A DNA stretch of 46,059 nt from Betaproteobacteria bacterium (GCA_016183675.1 JACPEF010000033.1:1-46059), one strand, 5' to 3'; positions 6,967 through 15,688 are shown, numbered from the stretch's first letter. Translations and numbers: made by a program. The notes: generated by a model from the letters alone, not told the origin.

Positions 6967-8304
6967 ATGAAGAACGCCGTGTCCGGGATCGGGCTCGCGC
7001 CGGAGGCGGCGATGGTCACGTTCCCGGTCCACCTGTTCCTGCCGGGGAGCGACCTGACCTCCCTCAAGGAACGCAAGCGCGAGTTCTACGACGGCCTCAC
7101 GCGCTGGAAGTCCGAGTTCGCGCAGGCGGCAGGCTCGGCCAAGATGCTCGCGGTCGAGGGCGCCACCTACGAGGAGGCGCTCACCAAGGCGAATAACCTC
7201 CTCCTCACCAACTTGTGGGGCGACGGCTTGCCGCTGTGGCCGGCGACGCAGGAGCGCGTGGACTGGATACTCCAGGGCTGCCCGGCTCCGCGCACGCACG
7301 TGCTCGGCAAGTTCCCGCCGCGCGGCGGCGTCACCACTGTCGAGACCTGCGCCATCGCGCTCGCCATGGCGGGCGGGCGGCCGGAGTACCTGCCGGTCCT
7401 CGTCGCCGCCGTGGAAGCGTGCTTCGACCCGACGACGGGCTTCGACCAGCTGCAGGCCACTTCAGGCGGGCCGTTCCCGGCCGTCATCGTCAACGGGCCG
7501 ATCGCGAAGCAAATCCGCCTCAACTCGGGCTTCGGCCTGCTCGGGCCGGACCCGCAGCGCCCCGCCGGCGCGAGCATCGGGCGCGCGCTGCGCCTCCTGC
7601 AGCAGAACGTGGGCGGCGCGCTACCCGGCGTCGGCACGATGGCGATCTTCGGCGCCATGCGCTACACCAACGCGGTCTTCGCCGAGGACGAGGAGGGGCT
7701 GCCGCCGGGATGGCAGCCGCACGCGAGCCAGCGCCACGGCTTCGCGCCGGGCACGAACTCGGTCTCGGTTGTCTTCGCGAGCGGGGTGACCAACGTGCGG
7801 CGTCGCGGCGCGAAGAAGGAATCCCCGGAGGAAGACGCGCTGAACGGCATGTGGCGCATGGCGGACTTCATGCGCGCCCCCAACCTCGCGGCGCTCGCGG
7901 GATGGGAGAAGGGCACGCCCGGCATCATGATGCTCGCGCCGATCGTCGCGCGCAGGATGGCGGAGCTGGGCTGGACCCAGCGCTCGATCCGCGAGTTCCT
8001 GTGGGAGCACTCGAAGATCCCGATGGAGCAGATGCGCCGCGCCGGCGCGCCCGCCTGGATCGAGATCGACGCCAACCCGGTGACGCGCGCCAGCATCAAT
8101 CTTGACCCCTGGCCGATCTGCGAGAAGCCCGACAACATCGTGCTCATCGTCGCCGGCGGCGGGCACCCGACCCACAGCTACTGGCTGCAGGCCCACTCCC
8201 CGGCCGTGATTGGCCGCGTCATCCGCGTGCCGGAAACCTTCGACCGCCTGCTCGCCGACGCCGACCGCGATCTCGGCTGCGGCGAGGACGCCTGCCGGGT
8301 CTGA
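6967..8304 (+). CDS. Uncharacterised conserved-looking protein; probably the C-terminal continuation of the 6577 frame, not an independent gene
   Basis: 445-aa ORF from the first ATG. It is in the same frame as 6577-6870 and the 96 nt between them are open. I recognise no family with confidence. Confidence 0.7.
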   Translation: MKNAVSGIGLAPEAAMVTFPVHLFLPGSDLTSLKERKREFYDGLTRWKSEFAQAAGSAKMLAVEGATYEEALTKANNLLLTNLWGDGLPLWPATQERVDWILQGCPAPRTHVLGKFPPRGGVTTVETCAIALAMAGGRPEYLPVLVAAVEACFDPTTGFDQLQATSGGPFPAVIVNGPIAKQIRLNSGFGLLGPDPQRPAGASIGRALRLLQQNVGGALPGVGTMAIFGAMRYTNAVFAEDEEGLPPGWQPHASQRHGFAPGTNSVSVVFASGVTNVRRRGAKKESPEEDALNGMWRMADFMRAPNLAALAGWEKGTPGIMMLAPIVARRMAELGWTQRSIREFLWEHSKIPMEQMRRAGAPAWIEIDANPVTRASINLDPWPICEKPDNIVLIVAGGGHPTHSYWLQAHSPAVIGRVIRVPETFDRLLADADRDLGCGEDACRV

Positions 8305-8306
8305 AC

Positions 8307-8720
8307 CTAGCGCCCGACCTCTTTATCTCGGGGCAGCTCCCAGCACTGCGGGTTCTTGACGAAGCCGATCTTCGGATAGTAGTCGACGGCGGCCGGCGCC
8401 GCGATCAACCGGATCTTGCAGCGCGGGCCGAGCTGTTTCTGCGTGTGCGCAATCAACGCCGTGCCGATGCCGGATCGTTGATAGGCCTCGTCCACGGCCA
8501 GGTCCGGCATATAACACGCGTAGTGAAAATCCGTGAGTGAGCGCGCGACACCGACGAGCTTCCCCCCGTCCCACGCCGTCACGCAGAGATTGGCGTTCTT
8601 GACCATCGCCTCCATGCACGCGCGGTCCTCGACCGGCCGTCGCTGCCCGAGCGTGGAGCGGTTCAGCACGTCGATGAACTGGTCCGCGCTGAGCTTCGCG
8701 TTTACCTTGTACTCGATCAT
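8307..8720 (-). CDS. GNAT family N-acetyltransferase
   Basis: ORF 8307-8777 trimmed to the ATG at 8718-8720 (MIEYKVNAKL...). The acetyl-CoA binding region DLAVDEAYQRSGIGTALI (Q/RxxGxG/A type) is present. It converges on the stop of the previous gene with only a 2-nt gap. Confidence 0.8.
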   Translation of the reverse strand: MIEYKVNAKLSADQFIDVLNRSTLGQRRPVEDRACMEAMVKNANLCVTAWDGGKLVGVARSLTDFHYACYMPDLAVDEAYQRSGIGTALIAHTQKQLGPRCKIRLIAAPAAVDYYPKIGFVKNPQCWELPRDKEVGR

Positions 8721-8757
8721 GAATATGTCGGAAAAGCTGCCTCGCCGGCGCCGTTCT

Positions 8758-8994
8758 TCATCGCCGAACGCGCTCAAGCGCGCTCCGGACTTGTTGAGCA
8801 GTTAGTTGAGGCGGTTCTGTGTCCGGGACTGCAACGACGCCTTTACCACGTTTCTTCAGCCGCATGGTGGTCGCAGCGATGCCGGTCTTGGAGCGCCCAG
8901 CTCGCTTCATGCCGCGCAAGGCTGGCCGGAGTTCCGCGTTGAGGTCGCGGGTTTTCTCCCATGCAGCCAGTTTCTTTCCGTAAAGCTTGGTCAT
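8758..8994 (-). CDS. Small hypothetical protein; possibly a truncated antitoxin-like or HTH remnant
   Basis: 78 codons from the ATG at 8992-8994 (MTKLYGKKLAAWEKTRDLNAELRPALRGMKRAGRSKT...). The N-terminal part resembles the leader region of XRE-type antitoxins, but no helix-turn-helix follows. This is a weak call. Confidence 0.3.
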   Translation of the reverse strand: MTKLYGKKLAAWEKTRDLNAELRPALRGMKRAGRSKTGIAATTMRLKKRGKGVVAVPDTEPPQLTAQQVRSALERVRR

Positions 8995-9009
8995 GGTATT
9001 CACGAATGC

Positions 9010-9423
9010 TCACCCCTCATTGATCACCAAGGGGACGCCGGTGATCGCAAGATGGAAATCGGTGGACCAACAGACCTTGATCCGCTGCGCGTCCATAACG
9101 TAAAGGCCGATGGTGTCGGTCAACGTAAGATCCTGGTCCGAGAACCGGCGAAGGAGCTCGGTCGCAGCGGCCTGTTCCTTGGATCCAACAGGTGCCACGG
9201 TCAGCGGAGTCAGGTCTTCTATCATGGCTAAAAACTGGAGCGCGCGCGTCCGATCGTAGCGGCGAAGGAACCAGGCATGCCCTTCCGCCACGACCAGGGT
9301 CGTGGTCAGCAACGGCGGCGGCTCGGCGAACAAACGCCGGAAAGTAGGGTGATACGTGTCGGACCGATCCGCGAAGGCGATCAGAGCTGAGGTATCAACA
9401 TAGGCCTCAGTCTTTCCGGCCAT
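9010..9423 (-). CDS. vapC: PIN-domain ribonuclease toxin (VapC-like)
   Basis: ORF 9010-9507 trimmed to the ATG at 9421-9423 (MAGKTEAYVDTSALIAFADRSD...). It has the PIN acidic residues (the D of YVDTSAL, a later E, and TDTIG). It overlaps the upstream antitoxin gene by 17 nt. Confidence 0.85.
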   Translation of the reverse strand: MAGKTEAYVDTSALIAFADRSDTYHPTFRRLFAEPPPLLTTTLVVAEGHAWFLRRYDRTRALQFLAMIEDLTPLTVAPVGSKEQAAATELLRRFSDQDLTLTDTIGLYVMDAQRIKVCWSTDFHLAITGVPLVINEG

Positions 9424-9631
9424 AGACCACGTCGTCGATGTGCCGGCTGGATGCGGGATCGCCGCTTTCCACCATCCCGGCGTAGCGCATCCATGGCTTG
9501 GTCTCATTCACGGGAAGCGCGGTCCTAAGAGAACGTCGAAGCAGTTCGGCCAAAGAAATCCCCAGGCGCGCGGCCTCGCGCTTGGCTGCGGCGTACTCAT
9601 CCTTGGTCAGGCTGATCTGTGTTCGTATCAT
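9407..9631 (-). CDS. vapB: Ribbon-helix-helix antitoxin (VapB/CopG-like)
   Basis: 74 aa: MIRTQISLTKDEYAAAKREAARLGISLAELLRRSL. This is the typical RHH N-terminus, and it lies directly upstream of and overlapping the PIN gene. Confidence 0.8.
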   Translation of the reverse strand: MIRTQISLTKDEYAAAKREAARLGISLAELLRRSLRTALPVNETKPWMRYAGMVESGDPASSRHIDDVVYGRKD

Positions 9632-9666
9632 GATAACAGTTTACGCTTATTTGTTATCATCAGCAA
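9632..9666 (-). promoter_or_regulatory. Candidate vapBC promoter/operator
   Basis: The minus strand reads TTGCTG, 17 nt, TAAACT, then 6 nt to the ATG. The inverted repeat GATAACA (9632-9638) / TGTTATC (9652-9658) overlaps it. Autoregulation by RHH antitoxins is established in general; this particular site is inferred. Confidence 0.3.
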
Positions 9667-9742
9667 CTCTCAGTTCCAAAACCGCCCGCGTGACAGGCGC
9701 TTCGCCCCCCGCGACGCCCATCACGCCCCAGGACGGAATCTA

Positions 9743-9786
9743 CCCGTCACTGCGTCACCGCGTCACCGCGTCACCGCGTCACCGGG
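9743..9786. repeat. GTGACG-type repeat, single arm
   Basis: CCCGTCACTGCGTCACCGCGTCACCGCGTCACCGCGTCACCGGG with an 8-nt period, immediately downstream of the carboxyltransferase-2 stop (9788). Confidence 0.8.
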
Positions 9787-9787
9787 T

Positions 9788-11332
9788 CTAGTAGCTTGTA
9801 GGCCAATTCGCCAGCCGGTGCTCGCCCACGCCGTTCTTCAGCCGCCTGCGGTGCACTTGCAGCATGCGGATCAGGAAATCGCGCGTGTCGCGCGGATCGA
9901 TGACGTGCTGTGCCTCAAAGAGCCGCGCAAGCTCCCATGGCGTGGTATCGCGCTCGACCTCGGCGACGAGCTGCTTGAATTTCTCCGGGTCGTCTTCCTG
10001 TTTGACGCCGTATAAGACGTTCACCGAGGCGCGCGGGTCCATGAAGCCGAGGTCGGCGGACGGCCAGCACGCCAGCTCGTCGGTGTTGCGGCCGCCCCCC
10101 ATGTTGATGAAGGCCTGGCCGTAGCTCTTCCTCAGGATGATGGTGATCCTAGGCACCGTCACCAGCGAGAGCGCATTCATCCAGTTGATGACCTTGCCCG
10201 GCATGCCGCGCAGCTCCCCCTCCACGCCGATCAGGAATCCCGGCACGTCCACCAGGAACACGATCGGGATGTTGAAGGAGTCGCACAGCACCATGAAGCT
10301 GGTGGCTTTCTGGCAGGCATCGGCGTCGAGCGCGCCACCCTTGAACAGGGGATTGTTGGCGATGAAGCCGACGCTTTTTCCCTCGAGCCGCGCAAGTACC
10401 GTGGCGACCGATTTGCCAAAGCGCTCCTTCAGCTCGAAGCTAGAGTCCTTGTCCGCAACCGCCGCGATCACCTTGCGCACGTCGTACACCTGGTTGCGTT
10501 CCTCCGGCACGATCTCGAGCATCCTGCGGCACGCCTCGCCGGAGCCGGCCGGCACCGGTTGCTCGGGCGGGCGCTCCATGCTGTGCGCCGGCATGTAGGA
10601 CAGGAATTTCTTCACGGCGGCCAGCGCCTGCTCGTCGGTATCCACCGCCATGTCGGCGAGACCCGAGACGCCGGTCAGGAGCTTCCAGCCGCCGAGCTCC
10701 TCCGGGTCTATCGGCTTGCCGATCGCGATGGAGGTGACGTTGGGGCTCGCGACCGCCATGATCGCGCCCTTGCGCATCACCACGAAGTCCGACATCGCCG
10801 CGTACCACGCCGATGATCCGTAACACGAGCCGAGGAGGGCGGAAACCCACGGCGACTCGCGCAGGCGCTCGTACTCCGTGGGGTCCTGCGCCAGGATCGC
10901 CCGCCCCGAGGCGCCCATGCGGTCGGGCATGCGCGCGCCGGAGGATTCCCCGAGGAGCACGAGCGGGATGCCGCGCTTGCACGCGACGGTCTTCACGTGC
11001 CGGATCTTCTTCATGTTGACGACGCTGGAAGAAGCCCCCAGCACGGTGAAGTCGTTGGATACCAACGCGATGTCGCGGCCGTTGATGCGCGCGAAACCGG
11101 CGATCTTGCCGTCGGCGGGCGTCTTGTGCTCGACCTCGGGCCGGATGCCGCGCGCGTGGCGCCCCGACTCGATGAAGCTGCCGGGGTCCACCAGGCGCTC
11201 GATGCGCTCGCGCGCATTGAGCGCGCCCTGCGCTTTGCGCTCGGCGAGCTTCTCCGGCCCGCCCATCGCCAGCGCCTCGGCGTTCTTCGCTTCGAGTTGC
11301 TTCAATACGTCCTTGGCCGACACGCCCGTCAC
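9788..11332 (-). CDS. Acyl-CoA carboxylase carboxyltransferase (beta) subunit, paralog 2 (no BC/BCCP partner adjacent)
   Basis: 514-aa ORF collinear with the 2612-4147 protein. Shared features include AMGGPEKL, GKIAGFARINGRDIALVSNDFTVLGAS, VDVPGFLIG and the same C-terminal ...NWPTSY. The start is GTG at 11332, inside a repeat; GTG at 11323 is an alternative. Confidence 0.9.
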   Translation of the reverse strand: MTGVSAKDVLKQLEAKNAEALAMGGPEKLAERKAQGALNARERIERLVDPGSFIESGRHARGIRPEVEHKTPADGKIAGFARINGRDIALVSNDFTVLGASSSVVNMKKIRHVKTVACKRGIPLVLLGESSGARMPDRMGASGRAILAQDPTEYERLRESPWVSALLGSCYGSSAWYAAMSDFVVMRKGAIMAVASPNVTSIAIGKPIDPEELGGWKLLTGVSGLADMAVDTDEQALAAVKKFLSYMPAHSMERPPEQPVPAGSGEACRRMLEIVPEERNQVYDVRKVIAAVADKDSSFELKERFGKSVATVLARLEGKSVGFIANNPLFKGGALDADACQKATSFMVLCDSFNIPIVFLVDVPGFLIGVEGELRGMPGKVINWMNALSLVTVPRITIILRKSYGQAFINMGGGRNTDELACWPSADLGFMDPRASVNVLYGVKQEDDPEKFKQLVAEVERDTTPWELARLFEAQHVIDPRDTRDFLIRMLQVHRRRLKNGVGEHRLANWPTSY

Positions 11333-11365
11333 TGCGTCACTTCGTCACTTCGTCACTCGTCACCG
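11325..11365. repeat. GTGACG-type repeat, single arm
   Basis: CCCGTCACTGCGTCACTTCGTCACTTCGTCACTCGTCACCG. It spans the spacer between the Bug gene stop (11370) and the carboxyltransferase-2 start. Confidence 0.8.
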
Positions 11366-11369
11366 TTAT

Positions 11370-12365
11370 TCAGTCAACCCGTATGCCCGCCTGCTGGATC
11401 ACCTTTGCCCACTTGGCGATCTCGGCACGGACGTAAGCGCCGAATTCCTCCGTAGTCTTCGCCGGGGACTTCGCCCCCTCGTTGAGGAGCCTGTTTTGGA
11501 TCTCAGGCGCCCGCATGATGCGGATGGTCTCGCTATTCAGCTTCGTGACGGCATCTCTCGGCGTGCCGGCCGGCGCGAAGATGCCGATCCAGTTCGTCAC
11601 CTCGAAGCCGGGCAATGCGGCCTCGGCAATCGACGGCAGGTCCGGTGCCGCCGGCGAGCGCGTCGCTCCCGTGACGGCAATCGCCCGGAGCTTCCCGGCC
11701 TGTACCTGCGGCAGCACCGTCGGCATGGTGGCGAACAGCAGCGAAGTCTGCCCTCCCAGGAGATCGGTGATGGCCGGGACGTTGCCCTTGTACGGGACGT
11801 GCACCATGTCCACCTTCGCCATCATCTTGAACAGCTCTCCCGCAAGGTGGCTCGCCGTGCCGTTACCCGCGGAGGCGTAGTTCAACTGCCCGGGCCGGGC
11901 TCTCGCGAGCGCGACCAGCTCCTTCACGGTCTTCACCGGCACAGAAGGATGGACCACCAGCAAGCCGTCGGCTTCCATGACCAGCGCCACGGGCGCGAAA
12001 TCCCTGACCGGGTCGTAGGCAAGCTTGCGGAACAGGCTCACGTTGACGGAATGGGTGCCGATGCTGCCCATCACGAGGGTATAGCCGTCCGGTGGGGCCT
12101 TGGCGACGAACTCGGCCGCGATGGTGCCGCCGGCGCCGGTGCGATTTTCCACGACGACCGGCTGTCCCCACGCGTCGTTGAACTTCTGGCCGATCACGCG
12201 GGCAAAGACATCCGCTATCCCGCCGACGGGAAACGGCACGACGAAACGGATCGGCTTCGCCGGGTAGGTTTGCGCCGGCGCCACGCCGCACCATCCCGCC
12301 AGTACCAGAAACAGCGCCGCACCGGACATCGTTTTCATGAGCATCCGCCTCGCCTTGCTGTTCAT
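11370..12365 (-). CDS. Bug family tripartite tricarboxylate transporter substrate-binding protein
   Basis: ORF 11370-12683 trimmed to the ATG at 12363-12365 (MNSKARRMLMKTMSGAALFLVLAG...AQTYPAKPIRFVVPFPVGGIADV...). This is the signature Bug/TctC N-terminal region. Starts at 12344, 12338 or 12329 are also possible. Confidence 0.88.
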   Translation of the reverse strand: MNSKARRMLMKTMSGAALFLVLAGWCGVAPAQTYPAKPIRFVVPFPVGGIADVFARVIGQKFNDAWGQPVVVENRTGAGGTIAAEFVAKAPPDGYTLVMGSIGTHSVNVSLFRKLAYDPVRDFAPVALVMEADGLLVVHPSVPVKTVKELVALARARPGQLNYASAGNGTASHLAGELFKMMAKVDMVHVPYKGNVPAITDLLGGQTSLLFATMPTVLPQVQAGKLRAIAVTGATRSPAAPDLPSIAEAALPGFEVTNWIGIFAPAGTPRDAVTKLNSETIRIMRAPEIQNRLLNEGAKSPAKTTEEFGAYVRAEIAKWAKVIQQAGIRVD

Positions 12366-12442
12366 CCTTGCCGCCGTATCGCGGAAACGGAGCGAAAATT
12401 CTACCCTAAGCGCCGGTGGCAAGGCTTGCAAGTTTCGAGCAC

Positions 12443-13950
12443 TTATCCGCGCTTCTTGCGCAGCTCGGGCGCGACCATGACGATCAATATGAACAGGGTG
12501 GCGATCATGAACGCGAGGCTGATCGGGCGCGTGAAGAACACGGTCGGATCGCCGCGCGAGATCAGCAACGCGCGCCGCACGTATTCCTCCATCAGCGGCC
12601 CGAGCACGTAACCCAGAATGAGCGGCGCGGGCTCGCACTCGAGCTTGGCGAGGATATAGCCGAGCACGCCGACGACGGCGCACAGATAGACATCAACCGG
12701 GTTGTTGTTCACGGCGTAGTTGCCGAGGCTGCTGAACATGATGACCGAGGGAAAGAGCCAGCGGTAGGGCACGCGGAGCAGCCTCACCCAGACCCCGACC
12801 AGCGGCAGGTTGAGGAGGAGAAGCAGGAGGTTGCCGATCCACATGCTGGCGATGACGCCCCAGAAGAGGTCGGGCTTCGTGATCATCACGTGCGGGCCGG
12901 GTTCGATGCCCTGCATCGTCATCGCGGCCAGCATCAGCGCCATCGTGGCGCTGGCGGGAAGGCCCAGCGTGAGCATCGGAATGAAAGCGGTCTGCGCGGC
13001 GGCGTTGTTGGCCGCCTCCGGCGCCGCCACCCCTTCGATCGCCCCCTTGCCGAAGCGCGACGGGTCCCTGGCCAACTTCTTCTCGAGCAGGTAAGTGGCG
13101 AACGAAGAGAGGGCCGGCCCGGTGCCCGGGAGCACCCCGAAGAACGCCCCGACCGCCGTCCCGCGCACCATGGGCCAGGACGAGTCCTTGAGGTCCCCGG
13201 CGGTCGGCATCAGATTGGCGATCCTGCCGGTGAACACCTCGCGGGCCTCCTTGCTCTCCAGGTTCATCACTATTTCCGCGACCGCGAACAGCCCCACCGC
13301 GATCACCGTGAAGCCGATGCCGTCGCTCAACTCGGGGACGCCGAACGCGTAGCGCGCCATTCCCGAGTTGACGTCGGTGCCGACGAGGCCGAGCAGCAGC
13401 CCCAGCACAGGCCGAGCAGCAGCCCCAGCACCACCATGGCGAGCCCCTTGACCGCATCGCCCTGGGTGAGCACGGCGGCGGCCGTGAGCCCCATCAGCAT
13501 CAGCGAGGAGTACTCGGCAGCGCCGAACGCGAGCGCCCATTCGCCGAGCGGCGGACCGGCGAGCGCGATCAGCAGGACCCCGATGCAGCCGGCGAAGAAG
13601 GAGGCGATCGCCGCGATCGCCAGCGCCGGGCCGGCGCGCCCCTGGCGAGCCATCTGGTAGCCGTCGAGGCAGGTCACCGCCGACGCCGTCTCGCCCGGCA
13701 GGTTGACGAGGATGGAAGTGGTGGAGCCCCCGTACTGCGCCCCGTAGTAGATGCCCGCGAGCATGATGAGCGCCGGCACCGCGGGCAGGTGGAAGGTGAG
13801 CGGAAACAGCATCGCGATCGTCACCAGCGGGCCGATTCCCGGCAGCACGCCGACCAGCGTGCCGAGCGCCACACCGATCAGGCAGTACGCGAGATTCTCG
13901 AGCGAAAACGCGACGCTGAAGCCGAGGATCAGGTGGTTCAGAATGTCCAC
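12443..13950 (-). pseudogene. tctA: tctA (TTT large permease) split by a frameshift
   Basis: The N-terminal half is in ORF 13327-13950 (MDILNHLILGF...KGLAMVVLGLLLGL). The C-terminal half is in another frame of ORF 12443-13957 (...VLGLLLGLVGTDVNSGMARYAFGVPEL...). The switch falls at a 23-bp tandem duplication at 13387-13432. Confidence 0.85.
13387..13432. repeat. 23-bp tandem duplication inside tctA
   Basis: GGCCGAGCAGCAGCCCCAGCACA (13387-13409) is followed directly by GGCCGAGCAGCAGCCCCAGCACC (13410-13432). Since 23 is not a multiple of 3, the duplication causes a frameshift. Confidence 0.9.
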
Positions 13951-14402
13951 AAGACACCCGGGAACAGCGGGTACGGTAACTTCAGCCCGAACACGAAGAC
14001 GCCGACGGCGAACGCGCCCATCACCGCGGTGAGCAGCAGCACCTCCGTGAAGCGGAATTCACGGCCGGCGAACGCGCCGACGAAGAAGGTCGCGACGAGC
14101 GCCGGAACGATGCCCAGCCGGTCCATGAGGAAGCCGAAGAGCACGATCGAGAGCGCGATCAGCGCGAGGGGCTTCCAGCCCCATTCTCCCTTGAACTTCT
14201 CGCCGGAGCGCAAGCCGCGGACGAGCACATAGACGCCGAAGAGGCACAGCAGGCCGCCCAGGACCGTCGGGAAATAGCCCGGGCCCATGCGCACTGCCGA
14301 GCCCATCGGGTAGTCGCGGGCGATGGCGACGGCGAGCCCGCCGATCGCGATGAACAGCAGCCCGGCGAGAAAATCCTTGTTGTCGCGCAGGTCAAATTTC
14401 AT
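13938..14402 (-). CDS. tctB: TctB family small membrane subunit of a tripartite tricarboxylate transporter
   Basis: 154-aa hydrophobic protein, MKFDLRDNKDFLAGLLFIAIGGLAV..., positioned between tctC and tctA. It overlaps the GTG start of tctA. Confidence 0.85.
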   Translation of the reverse strand: MKFDLRDNKDFLAGLLFIAIGGLAVAIARDYPMGSAVRMGPGYFPTVLGGLLCLFGVYVLVRGLRSGEKFKGEWGWKPLALIALSIVLFGFLMDRLGIVPALVATFFVGAFAGREFRFTEVLLLTAVMGAFAVGVFVFGLKLPYPLFPGVLWTF

Positions 14403-14415
14403 GTGGGACTAACTC

Positions 14416-14513
14416 TAGCCACAGAGGACGCAGAGTTCACGGAGGAAAGACGAGACAGCGAGCACCGGGTATTGATCCCCCACTCTCTGTGTTCTCTGTG
14501 ATCTCTGTGGCTG
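14416..14513. repeat. CCACAGAG-type composite palindrome, copy 3
   Basis: TAGCCACAGAGGACGCAGAGTTCACGGAGG ... CTCTCTGTGTTCTCTGTGATCTCTGTGGCTG, between tctC and tctB. Confidence 0.8.
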
Positions 14514-14541
14514 ATTCCAGATTTTCACCAGCGTTTTCGCG

Positions 14542-15516
14542 TCATTCGCCCTTGATGCCGGCGGCCTTGATGACCTTGTCCCATTTCGCGATCTCGTTCC
14601 GGACGAACGCGGAGTACTGCTCGGGCGTGCTGCCGACCAGGTCGGCACCCAGCCCCTGCAGCCGCTCCCGGAGGTCCGGGGCGCTCAGCGCACCCATGAT
14701 CGCTGCATGAAGCCGCTGGATGATGGCTTGCGGCGTCTTCGCGGGGGCCGACATGCCCCACCACGTCGTCACTGCATACCCGGGGACCCCGCTCTCCGCC
14801 ACCGTGGGGATATCGGGCGCGGCCGGCGAGCGCTTCAGGCTGGTGACCGCCAGCGCGCGCAGCTTGCCCGCGCGCGCCTGGCGGATGACCGTGGGCAGGT
14901 TGCCGAAATAGAGCGAAACCTCGCCGGCCACCAAGGCGATGACGCCCGGCCCGCCACCCCTGTAGGGGATGTGCACCCACTTGATGCCGGTCATGTACTG
15001 GAACAACTCCCCGGAGAGATGGGGCGAGGCGCCGATCCCGGACGAGCCGTAATTGATGTCCCCGGGGCGCCTCTTCGAGATCGCGATCAGCGCCTTCACT
15101 GAATGCACAGGCAGCGACGGATGCACCACCAGAAGGTTCGGCGCCTCGCCAACCAGCGCGATGAACGCGAAGTCCTTGATCGGGTCGAAGTTGAGCTTGA
15201 TCAGCGCCGGGTTGGTCGCGTGCCCGGGCGCGTTCATCAGGATCGTGTAGCCGTCCGGCGCCGCGCGCGCGAGCAGCTCCGACGCGATGGCGGTGTTGGC
15301 GCCGCCGCGATTGTCAACCACCACCTGCTGGCCCAGGTTCTCGGAGAGCTTGGGCGCGAGTGCGCGCGCCACGATGTCGTTGCTGCCGCCCGGCGGGAAG
15401 CCGACGATGAAGCGGATCGGCTTGGAAGGATACGCCTGCGCCTGCACCGCGGCTGGCAGCGCCGCACCGAACACCGCCGCGAACAAGATCACGCACCTGC
15501 GCGCCTGCTGTCTCAT
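14542..15516 (-). CDS. tctC: Bug/TctC family substrate-binding protein
   Basis: 324 aa with a signal peptide, followed by AQAYPSKPIRFIVGFPPGGSNDIVARAL, directly upstream of tctB and tctA. Confidence 0.9.
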   Translation of the reverse strand: MRQQARRCVILFAAVFGAALPAAVQAQAYPSKPIRFIVGFPPGGSNDIVARALAPKLSENLGQQVVVDNRGGANTAIASELLARAAPDGYTILMNAPGHATNPALIKLNFDPIKDFAFIALVGEAPNLLVVHPSLPVHSVKALIAISKRRPGDINYGSSGIGASPHLSGELFQYMTGIKWVHIPYRGGGPGVIALVAGEVSLYFGNLPTVIRQARAGKLRALAVTSLKRSPAAPDIPTVAESGVPGYAVTTWWGMSAPAKTPQAIIQRLHAAIMGALSAPDLRERLQGLGADLVGSTPEQYSAFVRNEIAKWDKVIKAAGIKGE

Positions 15517-15574
15517 CGCCCCCTCCAGTGCGGCGCCTTTGCCGCGATAATGGCCCTCAAATCGCCAAAGACTT

Positions 15575-15674
15575 TAGCCACAGAGAGCACAGAGAACACA
15601 GAGAATTGAGACGATGAAACCACCTGTTGTCGCGTTCCTGGTTTCTCTCGGTGAACTCTGTGTCCTCGGTGGCT
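15575..15674. repeat. CCACAGAG-type composite palindrome, copy 4
   Basis: TAGCCACAGAGAGCACAGAGAACACAGAGAA ... TTCTCTCGGTGAACTCTGTGTCCTCGGTGGCT. Confidence 0.8.
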
Positions 15675-15688
15675 TGTTTCTTGATTCT

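Noticed and set aside
8307-8994. Small ORF followed by a GNAT gene as a TacA/TacT-like (GNAT toxin) type II TA module.
   Set aside because: The gene order fits, but the small ORF shows no RHH/DUF1778-like N-terminus. The 137-aa GNAT looks like a generic acetyltransferase and not like the tRNA-acetylating toxin family. I could not support the call from sequence alone.
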